DNA of 64,000 bases from an uncultured bacterium (GTDB taxonomy: Bacteria; Patescibacteriota; Minisyncoccia; UBA6257; 2-01-FULL-56-20). Under the pieces are notes generated by a model. It worked only from the letters and a program-made list of their open reading frames with translations. It ran no database searches and was not told where the DNA came from. Shown one piece after another: positions 9,060 through 18,484 of the stretch. How positions within the stretch are numbered: position 1 is the first letter of the stretch; every line of letters begins with the position of its first letter. The position numbers and the translations under genes were made by a program. The stretch covers positions 62,037 to 126,036 of the forward strand of contig CAWJQC010000009.1 of NCBI GenBank assembly GCA_963844965.1. Direction: 5' to 3'.

Positions 9060-10328
9060 ATGAATAAAAAAATTGTTTTTACGGCCGCTTCGGCCGCATT
9101 TCTGCTCGTAGTTTTATTGGCAAACGCCCAAATGCCGGTTCCTGCCGCTAATAACGCAGAAGCGTCTGGTGTCGGCACGGTGGCATCGAGCGCAACCGCA
9201 ACGGTTGTTCCTGGAGCCATGAATCCAACTTTTATCATCAACCCGGTATCTCCAACGCTTGGCGGAAGTAATTCTTCGGGAACACCGGTCATGAATCCGC
9301 CGATTATAGCAAGACCCATATTGCCGCCGACGCAGGGCAATAATATTATCCAATTCAACAACCTAACCGTACAAAGCGTTTCGGCAACCACCCCGCCGGC
9401 AGAAATTGTAGCCAATGGCGGTATCTATAACATTCAGAGCGGCGGCACAACACCGCCAACGATGCAGCCGATGAATGCGCAAGTTTTCCCGCAAGCCACG
9501 CAGACATCTTCAATGAATTATTTGCAATCCAAATGTTTGAGGTATGAAAGTTTAGAGTCAAATTCCCCGATGGTAATCGCCTGCCCTGTTCCTCAAACTT
9601 CCGCTCCCGCGAGTTCAACCGTCACTGTCTCGCCCGGAGCAACCGCAATAATGCCAGTAGTGCCACCGATATATCGCGGCGGACAATATCGTCTTGAGGT
9701 ATCCACAACGACCCACCTCATGTTTAATGACCGTACATCGGCGGCATTAACCGATTTCTCGCCCGGCGATCAAATAAACGTTTACGGCATATACAATGAG
9801 GACGGAACCGTAGACGCGCTTATCGTTCGCAATCTTTCCAAGCCGTTCACAAAGCAGTTTGTCCAGCTCAACAACGTTAATTTGGTTTCGGTCTCGGCGA
9901 CAACCACTCCGGCAACGCTTGTGGTCGCGCAGCAAATCGCCAATCCCTGTTACGGTTTCGGCACCGATGGTAACACTAGGCAGGGAGCCATAGCCTGCCC
10001 CACGGGACTGCAATCGTTATCCGACAATGCCGCGTCGCAGAATGTCACGGTGCCGCAAGCCATAATGCCCATTTTCAACCAATCGCGGAAGTATGTGATA
10101 CAAATCGACACGCAAACAATACTGATGGACCGTGAGCGGGGTACACTCGCGCTTGGTGATCTCAAGATTGGTGATCAATTGAATATTTACGGCGCGACGC
10201 TGGACACAAACGGCGCGACGATTAATGCGGATATCGTCCGCGACCTCACGCAACCTCCGGTGGCGCAGAACTACAGTGGCCGCGTTACTCAGGTGAACGC
10301 CGACGGCTCGTTCGTGATTCAGAACTGA
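9060..10328 (+). CDS. secreted repetitive protein with signal peptide; probably continues to about 10448 after a +1 frameshift
   Basis: It starts MNKKIVFTAASAAFLLVVLLANA. The second half shows internal repeats, for example QINVYGIYNEDGTVDALIVRNL and QLNIYGATLDTNGATINADIVRDL. After the stop, the +1 frame reads TDGGETYTVQNPIQVGATVQLKGLL. Confidence 0.5.
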   Translation: MNKKIVFTAASAAFLLVVLLANAQMPVPAANNAEASGVGTVASSATATVVPGAMNPTFIINPVSPTLGGSNSSGTPVMNPPIIARPILPPTQGNNIIQFNNLTVQSVSATTPPAEIVANGGIYNIQSGGTTPPTMQPMNAQVFPQATQTSSMNYLQSKCLRYESLESNSPMVIACPVPQTSAPASSTVTVSPGATAIMPVVPPIYRGGQYRLEVSTTTHLMFNDRTSAALTDFSPGDQINVYGIYNEDGTVDALIVRNLSKPFTKQFVQLNNVNLVSVSATTTPATLVVAQQIANPCYGFGTDGNTRQGAIACPTGLQSLSDNAASQNVTVPQAIMPIFNQSRKYVIQIDTQTILMDRERGTLALGDLKIGDQLNIYGATLDTNGATINADIVRDLTQPPVAQNYSGRVTQVNADGSFVIQN

Positions 10329-10515
10329 CGGCGGCGAAACGTACACGGTGCAAAATCCGATACAAGTCGGCGCGACGGTCCAGCTCAAGGGGTTATTGGA
10401 CCAGCTGCAAAAAATTATATCGCAGGTTTCTCAGATTATATTGCAGTGAATAACGGGCGAGAATCACCCAACCAAAAAAGAAGGCGGAAACTAGGCAACG
10501 TTTCCGCCTTTTGGC

Positions 10516-10683
10516 TTACACCGCCCAGCCATAGCCATCTTCCCATTGTTCACTGCCGTCTTCGAGCGGATTTATCACCCCGGTTTCTTCCGCTTCCAGC
10601 TTCTTCGTTTCTGGAGTTTCATTTTTTGGCCGTACTTCAACCGTCTTTCCATTCGATGTCGACTGATCGTAAGGTCTTGACAT
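10516..10683 (-). CDS. small acidic hypothetical protein (55 aa) with canonical Shine-Dalgarno
   Basis: Manual translation gives MSRPYDQSTSNGKTVEVRPKNETPETKKLEAEETGVINPLEDGSEQWEDGYGWAV. It is preceded by GGGAGGTGAACAATG. It is not in the ORF track because it is under 60 aa. Confidence 0.35.
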   Translation of the reverse strand: MSRPYDQSTSNGKTVEVRPKNETPETKKLEAEETGVINPLEDGSEQWEDGYGWAV

Positions 10684-11013
10684 TGTTCACCTCCCAAAGA
10701 GCTATCTGCGATTCAGACCGTTTTCTGGTCTGAAAATTGATTATTTTCCAAACAATCAATTTTCAGGCCGGCATTGATTTAAAAAACCTCCTTTGGCGGG
10801 GAGGTCTTTTGCATTTTGATTTTGATATTTTATCGGTTTTTTACATATATGCAAGACCCCCTCGCCGTTTTCGGAGAATAAGTACAAGCAGAAGGCCAAG
10901 AAGACTCCGGGAGGACAAGGGCAAACTTTGAATTGCGAGATATGGCGTGTTCATTGTCATTTAGGTTCAGTTTATAGTGTTTGTCGGCTATGTCAAGAGC
11001 GCCCTGTGGAAAA

Positions 11014-11379
11014 TTAAATGCCGCTGTTTTTCTTTACGCCTCGCGCCATTTCAAAAAGCGCGAGCGCTCCCATCAAAAGCCCGACGTCCCTGAACGTGAT
11101 GTCCAAGATGTTCAAATTCAGAACAACTATCGCCGCGAGCGTTATGGCGGCGAGGAGCGAAACCCAAACGAGCTTGCGGCCCCAGAAAAGAAAAGCTGCG
11201 AGTATTATCTCATAAACGGAAAATGCGGCGGAGAGTAAGTTTGAGAACGGCATGTTCTGCAAAAACTGGGGAAAATATCCGGCCCAGTCGTCGGATTTAA
11301 TAAGTCCGGCTATGGCGGCGTAGAAGAAAACAAATGCCAGTCCCCAGCGCAAAATAATCTCGGCGGAATTTCTGTTCAT
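11014..11379 (-). CDS. DoxX-family membrane protein
   Basis: 121 aa with 3-4 TM helices. The WGLAFVFFYAAIAGL...DWAGYF pattern matches DoxX-like proteins. Confidence 0.5.
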   Translation of the reverse strand: MNRNSAEIILRWGLAFVFFYAAIAGLIKSDDWAGYFPQFLQNMPFSNLLSAAFSVYEIILAAFLFWGRKLVWVSLLAAITLAAIVVLNLNILDITFRDVGLLMGALALFEMARGVKKNSGI

Positions 11380-11389
11380 CCGTTTGTAT

Positions 11390-12397
11390 TTACATTATAC
11401 CTTTCGGGGTCTTACTTATTCGCACCTCCGAACCTGGCACGGTCACCCACTCGTCGTTAACCAATTCCTGGGTTGCCTTGAAAGATACGACCGCTTCCTC
11501 TTTGGGATGAACTCGGTCTTCTCCTTTTACCATTCTACTAAAAATTACGTCGCGCAGTTCCCGTTTCTGGTCGTCTTCGTACTTGTGTAATATCTCGCAA
11601 TCGCTCAAGAAAATTTTATGCCAGCTGCCACTGGGGTAGCCTGGCTCCCCGATAATTTCTTCCTCAACTTCTTCAACGTCGTGTTCAGCTGGATTCGCGG
11701 GGGTGGAAGATATTTCCCTTATAAGACGACGTCGCTTATCGCCCTCACGCCATTCCCTGATGACTTGATATTCTTCTTTTTTCGGTTCATCCACGCCTGC
11801 TTGTTCCATGTTTTTTATTATCTTTGATACAGCCCGACAAGATACCGCTTGTGCAAGTAAATACCTATTTATCTCCGCCTCAAGAGATTTTTTGTCCGAA
11901 CCCGACTTTAAGTCAATTACAGCGCTTAGCGCGTAAATTGTAAAGTGATAGTGGTGAACTCCGGATGGCGGGCAGGGACCGACGTAAGAAATCGTACCCG
12001 AACCATTTTTCCCTTCAATACTGCCGGCCGGCAAATCGCCATCCTCAATAACGGACGTCTTCGGGTCAATGTTCCAAACCAGCCAGTGCGTGAAGCCGCC
12101 GGCCATCGGCGCGTCCGGATCGTGCATTATGAGCGCCAAGCTTTTTGCTCCGGCCGGCACGCCGGAAATATCCAACTCGGGAATTGTATTTTCCCCGTCG
12201 CAGGTGAATCTCCTTGGAATATAGCCGTTATTTTCAAATGAGGTGCTTGTGATAGTCATAGAATTATTTATTGGGTTATTGTTGATGGTTGATGTTGCTG
12301 GAGTCGTCGTTATCCGAGACGCACGAAAAATATAAGCCGATACGAAGATTATAGCAAAAATTATGAATATTACGGTAATTCTCCGCGTTTTAGACAT
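11390..12397 (-). CDS. membrane-anchored PEBP/YbhB-YbcL family (Raf-kinase-inhibitor-like) protein fused to an acidic C-terminal domain
   Basis: It has an N-terminal TM helix. FTCDGENTIPEL...ALIMHDPDAP..GGFTHWLVWNI...GPCPPSGVHHYHFTIYAL are PEBP hallmark motifs. The C-terminal 150 aa are of unknown function. Confidence 0.7.
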   Translation of the reverse strand: MSKTRRITVIFIIFAIIFVSAYIFRASRITTTPATSTINNNPINNSMTITSTSFENNGYIPRRFTCDGENTIPELDISGVPAGAKSLALIMHDPDAPMAGGFTHWLVWNIDPKTSVIEDGDLPAGSIEGKNGSGTISYVGPCPPSGVHHYHFTIYALSAVIDLKSGSDKKSLEAEINRYLLAQAVSCRAVSKIIKNMEQAGVDEPKKEEYQVIREWREGDKRRRLIREISSTPANPAEHDVEEVEEEIIGEPGYPSGSWHKIFLSDCEILHKYEDDQKRELRDVIFSRMVKGEDRVHPKEEAVVSFKATQELVNDEWVTVPGSEVRISKTPKGIM

Positions 12398-12486
12398 TGT
12401 TTTAGACTATCAATTTATCAGTATATTACCTTCAAAATTAATGTTAAGTGCCGAAAAATTCAGTAAAATCAGGAAAAAATCGGCTG

Positions 12487-12514
12487 TTGACAAATATATA
12501 GAATCTGCTACAAT
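12487..12514 (+). promoter_or_regulatory. sigma70-like promoter TTGACA-16nt-TACAAT
   Basis: TTGACAaatatatagaatctgcTACAAT, 85 nt upstream of the small ORF at 12600. Confidence 0.35.
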
Positions 12515-12599
12515 ATGAGCAGCACCACCGAGAAGATTCCGGTGGGCCAAAATCTGTAAACCGTCGCTTATCAAAGGCGACGGGACGAAGGAGGATGCC

Positions 12600-12806
12600 A
12601 TGGCGGCAAAAAAGGGAGTACCTGCTTTTCTGATTTCTTACGGCCAAGCTGGACGGGAACGGAACAATATCCGGACCGCAGAGGTTGTGGTGTGCGTGTT
12701 GGGTCGTTCCACTACCCACCACCTTGAACTTCGGGGTGGAAAGTGGCTTGGCAAGAACGGTGTGGAATACAAAATCAACGACCGCATCAGAAATCGTAAG
12801 AACTGA
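12600..12806 (+). CDS. small basic hypothetical protein (68 aa) with good SD; alternatively part of a structured non-coding transcript
   Basis: AGGAGGatgccATG precedes it. The protein is MAAKKGVPAFLISYGQAGRERNNIRTAEVVVCVLGRSTTHHLELRGGKWLGKNGVEYKINDRIRNRKN. It lies inside a promoter-to-terminator unit, 12487..13092. Confidence 0.3.
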   Translation: MAAKKGVPAFLISYGQAGRERNNIRTAEVVVCVLGRSTTHHLELRGGKWLGKNGVEYKINDRIRNRKN

Positions 12807-13063
12807 GAGGGTCCAAAAGCCCACCACCCAGGACCCTAATCGAGGAGAGTGAGCTGTGCCAAGTAGGTAGACCCGCCGCCGAGGCCTAAGTCGGGGGGTT
12901 GAGAGACCAAAAATTCAGTCAAAATAAAAACAAATCCCGCGCTGACCCCAGCCGGTTGTATCCAGGGTGATACCGGTCAAACAAAAATCCACACTGGCTC
13001 CGCGAAAGCGAGGCGAAGTCTGTAGAAGATAGCACTCTACAGAAGGCAGGGCGGCAGTGCCCC

Positions 13064-13092
13064 AGGAGAGTTGGAAGACTCTCCTTTTTTTA
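13064..13092 (+). terminator. rho-independent terminator
   Basis: The stem is GGAGAGT..ACTCTCC with loop TGGAAG, followed by TTTTTTT. Confidence 0.55.
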
Positions 13093-13165
13093 TTGTTCAC
13101 TCGCAAGAATACCCTATACCTTCTTGCAACGTGATGAGAAGGTGTAGGGATGAATTGCGATGTGT

Positions 13166-13350
13166 GAATAATAAACCCCTCCCCATTTGTGGCAGGGGTT
13201 TGGTGATAACACCCAGCGAGAGCCGTAAGGCGACTTCGTCTTTGTATGTCGTGTGCGCATAGTTTTTGCGGCAAATGGAGAGGGGTGAATAACCGCAAGA
13301 CCGCAGAGCGGCTTGGATACCGCACCGCTCTGCGGTGCGGTTATTCATTT
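13166..13350. repeat. structured intergenic repeat, family 1, copy A (about 185 nt, two long imperfect hairpins)
   Basis: gaataataaacccctccccatttg...caaatggagaggggtgaataaccgc...accgctctgcggtgcggttattcattt. Copy B is at 39175..39358. The hairpin arms are conserved and the interior has diverged. Confidence 0.6.
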
Positions 13351-13394
13351 TCTTTTCGGGAAAAAGGTGGCGATAGCAGGTTTAGTGGCCCAAA

Positions 13395-13730
13395 CTACGC
13401 CGCCGTTTTCATGTAATCGTTGTATGCCTGCCTGATCAAGTCGGTCGCAATCTCGCTCCTCGGTTTTGTCCGGCCCGGATACCGCCAGGCGCTGATAATC
13501 CTGCGGCGGGTTTTCGCGTCCTGGATCATCGTCCAGAGTTCATAGGGATGCTTTTTGCTGCCTCTGACCTGCATATAGGCGACCGTTCTCGGCGCGATCC
13601 CCTCTTCCACGCGCGCCGGTGAGTGGAGAATATTTTTCACCCGCTGTTCCGACAGACCGTAAAACCGCATCTTGGAACGCACGTGATTGGTCCAGTACAA
13701 AATTCTCGGCTTATTGATTATAAGCGGCAT
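13395..13730 (-). CDS. hypothetical protein; weak resemblance to BrnT/RelE-like toxin C-terminus (RRIISAWR)
   Basis: 111-aa ORF. The assignment is tentative and rests on memory of BrnT ...RIISAR.... Confidence 0.3.
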   Translation of the reverse strand: MPLIINKPRILYWTNHVRSKMRFYGLSEQRVKNILHSPARVEEGIAPRTVAYMQVRGSKKHPYELWTMIQDAKTRRRIISAWRYPGRTKPRSEIATDLIRQAYNDYMKTAA

Positions 13731-14165
13731 GGAGGGTTAGAAGTATTACCGCTTATTCATATTAACCTCAAATCCGCATCTTGGAAAACAAATAACTGCG
13801 GACATAAAAATGCCTGATGATTATGGATAGGCCCCCATAAGAATGGGGGCTGGGCCGCACCCGGAGGCGACTTATCGCGGCATATCTCCATTTTCAACTC
13901 TTCTGATCGCTGGTTGTTGGGCGCGGCGGCTGGGTCGCTACTCCACTTTTTCATTTTCATTAAATTTATTTGACTTGTTTGCTTGGCTGACCTTTGTTTT
14001 TGTTATTATTGCTTTCTTGACGAACTGGTTCTCATAAATTGTCGGCGATTTGTTTTTTATTATTATCATGAAAGAATTTTAGAATGCTGGCAGTGAATAT
14101 TGGATGAAAACACAAAAAAGGACCCCGTGATTGGATCCTTTTTTGATTTCCGATTTCCCGCACAA

Positions 14166-15254
14166 CTATGCGGCGTGCGGGAAAGTGACACGCACGATTG
14201 TGCCCTTATTAAGCTTGCTTTTTATGTTTATGCGCCCGCGGTGCAGTCGCACGATTTCGTTCACGAGCGCCAGGCCCAAGCCGGCGTGACCAGTGACTTT
14301 CGCGTCTTCTTTTTCGCTGCCTTCGCCCGTTCGGCCGGCGCGATAAAACGGTTCCATAATTTTGGGAAGGTCTTCGGGACTTATGCCCCTGCCGTTGTCT
14401 TTGACCGTCAATTCAACTTCGCCCTGATTATTTTTAACCACGGAAACCATGACGGAACCGCCGGCGGGAGTGTAAGAAATGGCGTTATCCAGTAGATTTT
14501 TGACCATTTGTTCCAGCGCTGCGGGATTCCCCCAGATCTGCACCCAGTCGTATTTCGCGGACGCCAGCCTTATTCTTTTCTCCTTTATCGTTTTTGACCA
14601 CTCCGTTTCTCTTTTTACCATCAACGAAACAAGCTCCGAAAAATTCAGCTTATAAAAAGGCGTCTGCGAGCGATTCGCGTATCTGGCGATGAACAGGAGA
14701 TTCTCAATGATCTTCGCCATCCTGTCCACTTCCTCCACGTTGCTCTTTACAAGCTTTACGGCGTCAGCAAGCGTCTCATCTGACGCGCCGCCGCGCAAAA
14801 AAATTTCCGAACTTGTTTTAATGATGCTGAGGGGCGTGCGGAGCTCGTGCGCGGCGTCCGCCATAAACCTTTTTTGGTCCTCCATCGTCTTTTTTACCGG
14901 CCGCAGAACCACGTTCGTGGCGAAATACAGGAGAACACTCGCTGCCGCACCGATAAAAACTTCAATGTAATTTTCCCTCCTGTCGATTTCGTTGAATTCC
15001 GCGGCCAACAGGCCCCTTTCTTCCTGACTGAGAGCGCGCGAATTTTCTATGGTTACCAGCGCCTGCTGCCTTTCGTAGCCGAACACGGCGTCCACGACGA
15101 GCGTGAAGACGATTATGCTCAAAATCGCCGCTATGACCAGCTTAAATCTTGCGGATTGCAAAACTTCTTCCCTGAAAAACCGCTCGCTCCCCCTCCAAGT
15201 CCTATCCTTTGAACTTGTAGCCCACGCCGTGAATTGTTTCCAGTAGGTCCTCAT
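14166..15254 (-). CDS. two-component sensor histidine kinase
   Basis: TM region. The HisKA motif is AAHELRTPL. The HATPase motifs are NLLDNAISYT...DNGRGI...GLGLALV. Confidence 0.85.
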   Translation of the reverse strand: MRTYWKQFTAWATSSKDRTWRGSERFFREEVLQSARFKLVIAAILSIIVFTLVVDAVFGYERQQALVTIENSRALSQEERGLLAAEFNEIDRRENYIEVFIGAAASVLLYFATNVVLRPVKKTMEDQKRFMADAAHELRTPLSIIKTSSEIFLRGGASDETLADAVKLVKSNVEEVDRMAKIIENLLFIARYANRSQTPFYKLNFSELVSLMVKRETEWSKTIKEKRIRLASAKYDWVQIWGNPAALEQMVKNLLDNAISYTPAGGSVMVSVVKNNQGEVELTVKDNGRGISPEDLPKIMEPFYRAGRTGEGSEKEDAKVTGHAGLGLALVNEIVRLHRGRINIKSKLNKGTIVRVTFPHAA

Positions 15255-15873
15255 GCCCCGCGAGTTTTTTCCTCAAATTTTTTATATGCACGTCTATCAC
15301 ATTGCTGAATGAACTGTCGGCGAAATCCCAAATATGGTCGTGAAGCTCCTCGCGATTTATCACGCGGTTAGGATTTCTCATAAAATATTCCAGAAGCGAA
15401 AATTCCTTGAGCGTCAGGGAAATTTTCTTCCCGCCCAGAACCACGTCGCGAGTCGCCGTGTTCAAGGCAAGGTCGCCCGCCGTAAGGGTCGTGGGCAGGA
15501 GAGATTTCTTCGGCCTGCGCAGAAGCGCTCTCACTCTCGCCACCAGCTCTTCAAAGGCGAACGGCTTCACGAGGTAATCGTCCGCGCCGCTATCAAGGGC
15601 AGTGGTCTTGTCCTCCACTGAGGGCCGCGCGGTAAGGACAAGAATGGGAATAGTTATCTCGCGTTCACGAATGCTCTTGCACACGGCAAACCCATCTTTT
15701 TTTGGAAGCATTAGGTCAAGAAGCACGAGGTCGTAATCATTGTGCGAAACGAGTATCCGCCGTTCCGCGGTTTGCCCGTCCGTCACGTAATCGGCCGCGT
15801 ATCCCTCTTTCTCCAAACCGCTTTTAATGGCTTGAGCTAATTTTTCTTCGTCCTCAACTATCAATATACGCAT
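15202..15873 (-). CDS. OmpR-family response regulator (REC + winged helix)
   Basis: MRILIVEDEEKLA...LVLLDLMLPKKDG...DDYLVKPF..LVARV.ALLRR is followed by a trans_reg_C-like C-terminus. Confidence 0.9.
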   Translation of the reverse strand: MRILIVEDEEKLAQAIKSGLEKEGYAADYVTDGQTAERRILVSHNDYDLVLLDLMLPKKDGFAVCKSIREREITIPILVLTARPSVEDKTTALDSGADDYLVKPFAFEELVARVRALLRRPKKSLLPTTLTAGDLALNTATRDVVLGGKKISLTLKEFSLLEYFMRNPNRVINREELHDHIWDFADSSFSNVIDVHIKNLRKKLAGHEDLLETIHGVGYKFKG

Positions 15874-15895
15874 GTTTTTTTCTGATGGATATATT

Positions 15896-15923
15896 TTAAT
15901 ATAATTTAAACCAATTGTGTCAA
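15896..15923 (-). promoter_or_regulatory. candidate promoter for the response regulator/kinase operon (TTGACA-16-TATTAA on minus strand)
   Basis: rc reads TTGACAcaattggtttaaattaTATTAA, about 22 nt upstream of the regulator ATG. Confidence 0.3.
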
Positions 15924-16013
15924 GGAGGGGGCCGTGCCGTAAACCACCCCATATTATTGCCCCAGCTCCACCTTAAATCAATTATGTAAAATAATCATGA
16001 ATTAATCATGAAT

Positions 16014-16082
16014 CCCACACCTAATTGAGGAGCAACGCCTTATGTGTTGTTACCAATACTCCTCGTTAGGTGTGGGGATAAA
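16014..16082. repeat. hairpin repeat family 3, copy 1 (CCCACACCTAA..N40..TTAGGTGTGGGG ATAAA), 40 nt 3' of pgi-like gene
   Basis: cccacacctaattgaggag...ctcctcgttaggtgtggggataaa. Copy 2 is at 33606..33665, 3' of uvrA. Confidence 0.5.
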
Positions 16083-16121
16083 TCTCTGCTTGGGGTCAGG
16101 AAGCTGATGGCTTCGCAACAT

Positions 16122-17123
16122 CTACCGCCCCGCAATTAATTTTTTGAATTCTTCCACCATCGGCACCTCCTCGGGTTCAACCCCATAAAGCTTGGCGGTA
16201 TAATACGCCGTCCAATCCGCCAAACTCAGGGACGAAAAGATTTTTTCCCAGACGTTTCCGCCACGCAGAGGCAGGATTTCTGACTTGAATCCGCGCTTGG
16301 CAAAGATTTTTCGCATCACACTCATCCTTTTCGCGATTCGCGGCCCATCTTCCTTATCTGTTAGAAATATAAAATGGAAATTCCGCGAGAGCCGCGCCGT
16401 GCTCCGTTTGGCGTCCCCGCCAGAGGCGGGTCCGCCTCTGGCGGAAAAGCCGGTCATCTCGTTGTGATTCGCCTCCGGCAAGACATTGCAAAACGCCGGA
16501 ATTTTCCCTGTCTCGTTGAATTTTATCTTCCAGTTGTAAGCGATCGCGCGGTTGCGGAAAGAGGCATAAATCACGGGCACGTTGCCCCTTAATCTCCTCG
16601 CAAGTTTTTTTCCTTCCTGCTCGCGGCGGGACGGATGAAACGTTTCGGCAAGCTCGCTCAAATCCGCGAGCGCCTTTTTCTCACCCATTATTTTCAAAAT
16701 TGCTTTCAAGCTGTAGCCAAGCGCCATTCTCGGCTGCATGTGCGAAGGCACGACAATGTGCGGCACTTTGAGCATATGCGCCATTGTTATCAATTTCCCG
16801 CCCGAAGCAACCGCGGCAACGTTCAGTTTCTTTTTTATCGCCATCTCAAACGCGTCAATCGTTTCTTCCGTGTTCCCCGAGTAAGAACTCGCTATAATCA
16901 AACGCTCTTTCAACTCCTTGAGCGACAATGGTGGCAAACCATAATTTGACCAGACAATCACATCAAAATCGGGCCGCCAGGTTTGTATTAAATCAGCCGC
17001 CAAATGCGACCCGCCCATACCGGCGACGATGAATTTTTTATACCCGCTCAATTTCTCGACGTTCTCAACCTGCGGTTCCCAAGCGAATTGCTTACTAAAA
17101 TTTTTTATGTCGTCGTAGATCAT
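16122..17123 (-). CDS. bifunctional phosphoglucose/phosphomannose isomerase-like SIS-domain protein
   Basis: FIVAGMGGSHLAAD...IIASSYSGNTEET are SIS-domain motifs of archaeal-type PGI/PMI. Confidence 0.55.
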   Translation of the reverse strand: MIYDDIKNFSKQFAWEPQVENVEKLSGYKKFIVAGMGGSHLAADLIQTWRPDFDVIVWSNYGLPPLSLKELKERLIIASSYSGNTEETIDAFEMAIKKKLNVAAVASGGKLITMAHMLKVPHIVVPSHMQPRMALGYSLKAILKIMGEKKALADLSELAETFHPSRREQEGKKLARRLRGNVPVIYASFRNRAIAYNWKIKFNETGKIPAFCNVLPEANHNEMTGFSARGGPASGGDAKRSTARLSRNFHFIFLTDKEDGPRIAKRMSVMRKIFAKRGFKSEILPLRGGNVWEKIFSSLSLADWTAYYTAKLYGVEPEEVPMVEEFKKLIAGR

Positions 17124-17161
17124 GGCTGCGGTTCAGATAAATTATAACAAAACTATGCGAA

Positions 17162-18361
17162 TCAGAAAACCGTTTTTCTTTTTCCAGAAGCTTTCAAAAC
17201 TTTTTCTTTCGCGATTTCCATTGCCACTTCGCGCGGATTTCTTTTGTCGGCCAGGCTCTTTTTCATCACTTTGCGAGTCGCTTTCGTCACTTTCTCTTCC
17301 ACCAACTCAAACATTTTTTCCGGCGAATAGCCTATATATTCAGCGTAGGAAGATATCACGCCGCCAGCGTTAGCGACGAAATCAGGTACGATAATAATCC
17401 CCTTCCTGAACAATTCGTCTTCAATATTTTCACGCATTGGAATATTCGCGCCTTCAACTATGATTTTCGCCCTTATCTTGTCTTTGTTTTTCTCGTTTAT
17501 AACATCGGTCACGGCCGCCGGTATCAGAATATCCACAGGTAGGGCGAACATTTCATCGCTCGTCAGTTTTTTCGCCTGTCCCGAGCCTTGTCGAGGGACG
17601 CCCTGATAATCGGCCACGGATTTTTTCCTTGCTTTCAGGTCATGTAGAACTTTTTCATCCAATCCAGATTCCAAATACGCCGCGCCGCGGCTGTCGGATA
17701 CCGCCACTATTCTCGCACCCATTTCCTTCAAGTACTTGAACGCAAAACTGCCGACATTGCCGAAACCTTCAATGGCGACGGTCGCTTGCCCTGAGCCTGT
17801 CGAATGGGCGCCTTTCATATTCACGCCCGCGAGTTCCGCGGCTATCTTCACCGAGTGCGCGACGCCAAAGCCGGTGCTGCCGAGTTCGTGGGGTAAGCCG
17901 CAACTCCTCGTCTCTCCTCCGCCGGTCACAACGCAAAAATTGGCCGGCTTTCCAGTTGCGGCACGCCTGTCACCCACCGCTTCGGCGAACCATTGCATTT
18001 CACGCTCGCCGGAATTGACGTCAGGTCCGGCAATATATTTTGACGGGATCAACGGTTTCAACGCACGCGCGAAACTCTGCACATGAAGCTTTTTTTCTTC
18101 ATCCGATTTCCACTTCGCGACCAGTCCCGCCTTTGCTCCGCCGAAGGGAATATCGGCAAGCGCGTTTTTCCACGTCATCGTTCTAGCGAGACGCCGCACT
18201 TCATCAATCGTAACGTTCGGCGTCATGCGAATGCCGCCTTTTCCCGGTCCGAGTGCGGTGTTGTCAATGACCAAAAAGCCCTCCATACCAACCTCCGCAT
18301 CGTACACATGAATCAAATACTCCGGCCCAAATTCGTCGTTTTTGCCCAAATTGGCGCTCAT
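17162..18361 (-). CDS. Glu/Leu/Phe/Val dehydrogenase family, probably glutamate dehydrogenase
   Basis: The protein is 399 aa. GPGKGGIRMTP is the ELFV dehydrogenase signature. A Rossmann motif, GFGNVG, is also present. Confidence 0.85.
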   Translation of the reverse strand: MSANLGKNDEFGPEYLIHVYDAEVGMEGFLVIDNTALGPGKGGIRMTPNVTIDEVRRLARTMTWKNALADIPFGGAKAGLVAKWKSDEEKKLHVQSFARALKPLIPSKYIAGPDVNSGEREMQWFAEAVGDRRAATGKPANFCVVTGGGETRSCGLPHELGSTGFGVAHSVKIAAELAGVNMKGAHSTGSGQATVAIEGFGNVGSFAFKYLKEMGARIVAVSDSRGAAYLESGLDEKVLHDLKARKKSVADYQGVPRQGSGQAKKLTSDEMFALPVDILIPAAVTDVINEKNKDKIRAKIIVEGANIPMRENIEDELFRKGIIIVPDFVANAGGVISSYAEYIGYSPEKMFELVEEKVTKATRKVMKKSLADKRNPREVAMEIAKEKVLKASGKRKTVF

Positions 18362-18484
18362 TTGGTTAATTATATACCAAACCTAATTCGCCCGAAACCC
18401 TACCGAAACCGTGTTTATACATCAATTTATGTGCACCTTTTGTAAACTTTACGCCGTATATATGTTAAAATCTAATAAGAAAAC

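Noticed and set aside
12520-13092. tmRNA or group II intron domain V in the promoter-to-terminator transcript or repeat A (GAGCCGUAAGGCGAC...)
   Set aside because: No tRNA-like 3' end or CCA, no tag-peptide frame, and the domain-V-like string does not form the required symmetric helix.
12915-13325. 136-aa minus-strand ORF and other ORFs overlapping structured repeat copy A (and the corresponding ORFs over copy B at 39122..39589)
   Set aside because: The two repeat copies give different, low-complexity peptides in every frame, while hairpin pairing is conserved. This is consistent with non-coding structure, not protein.
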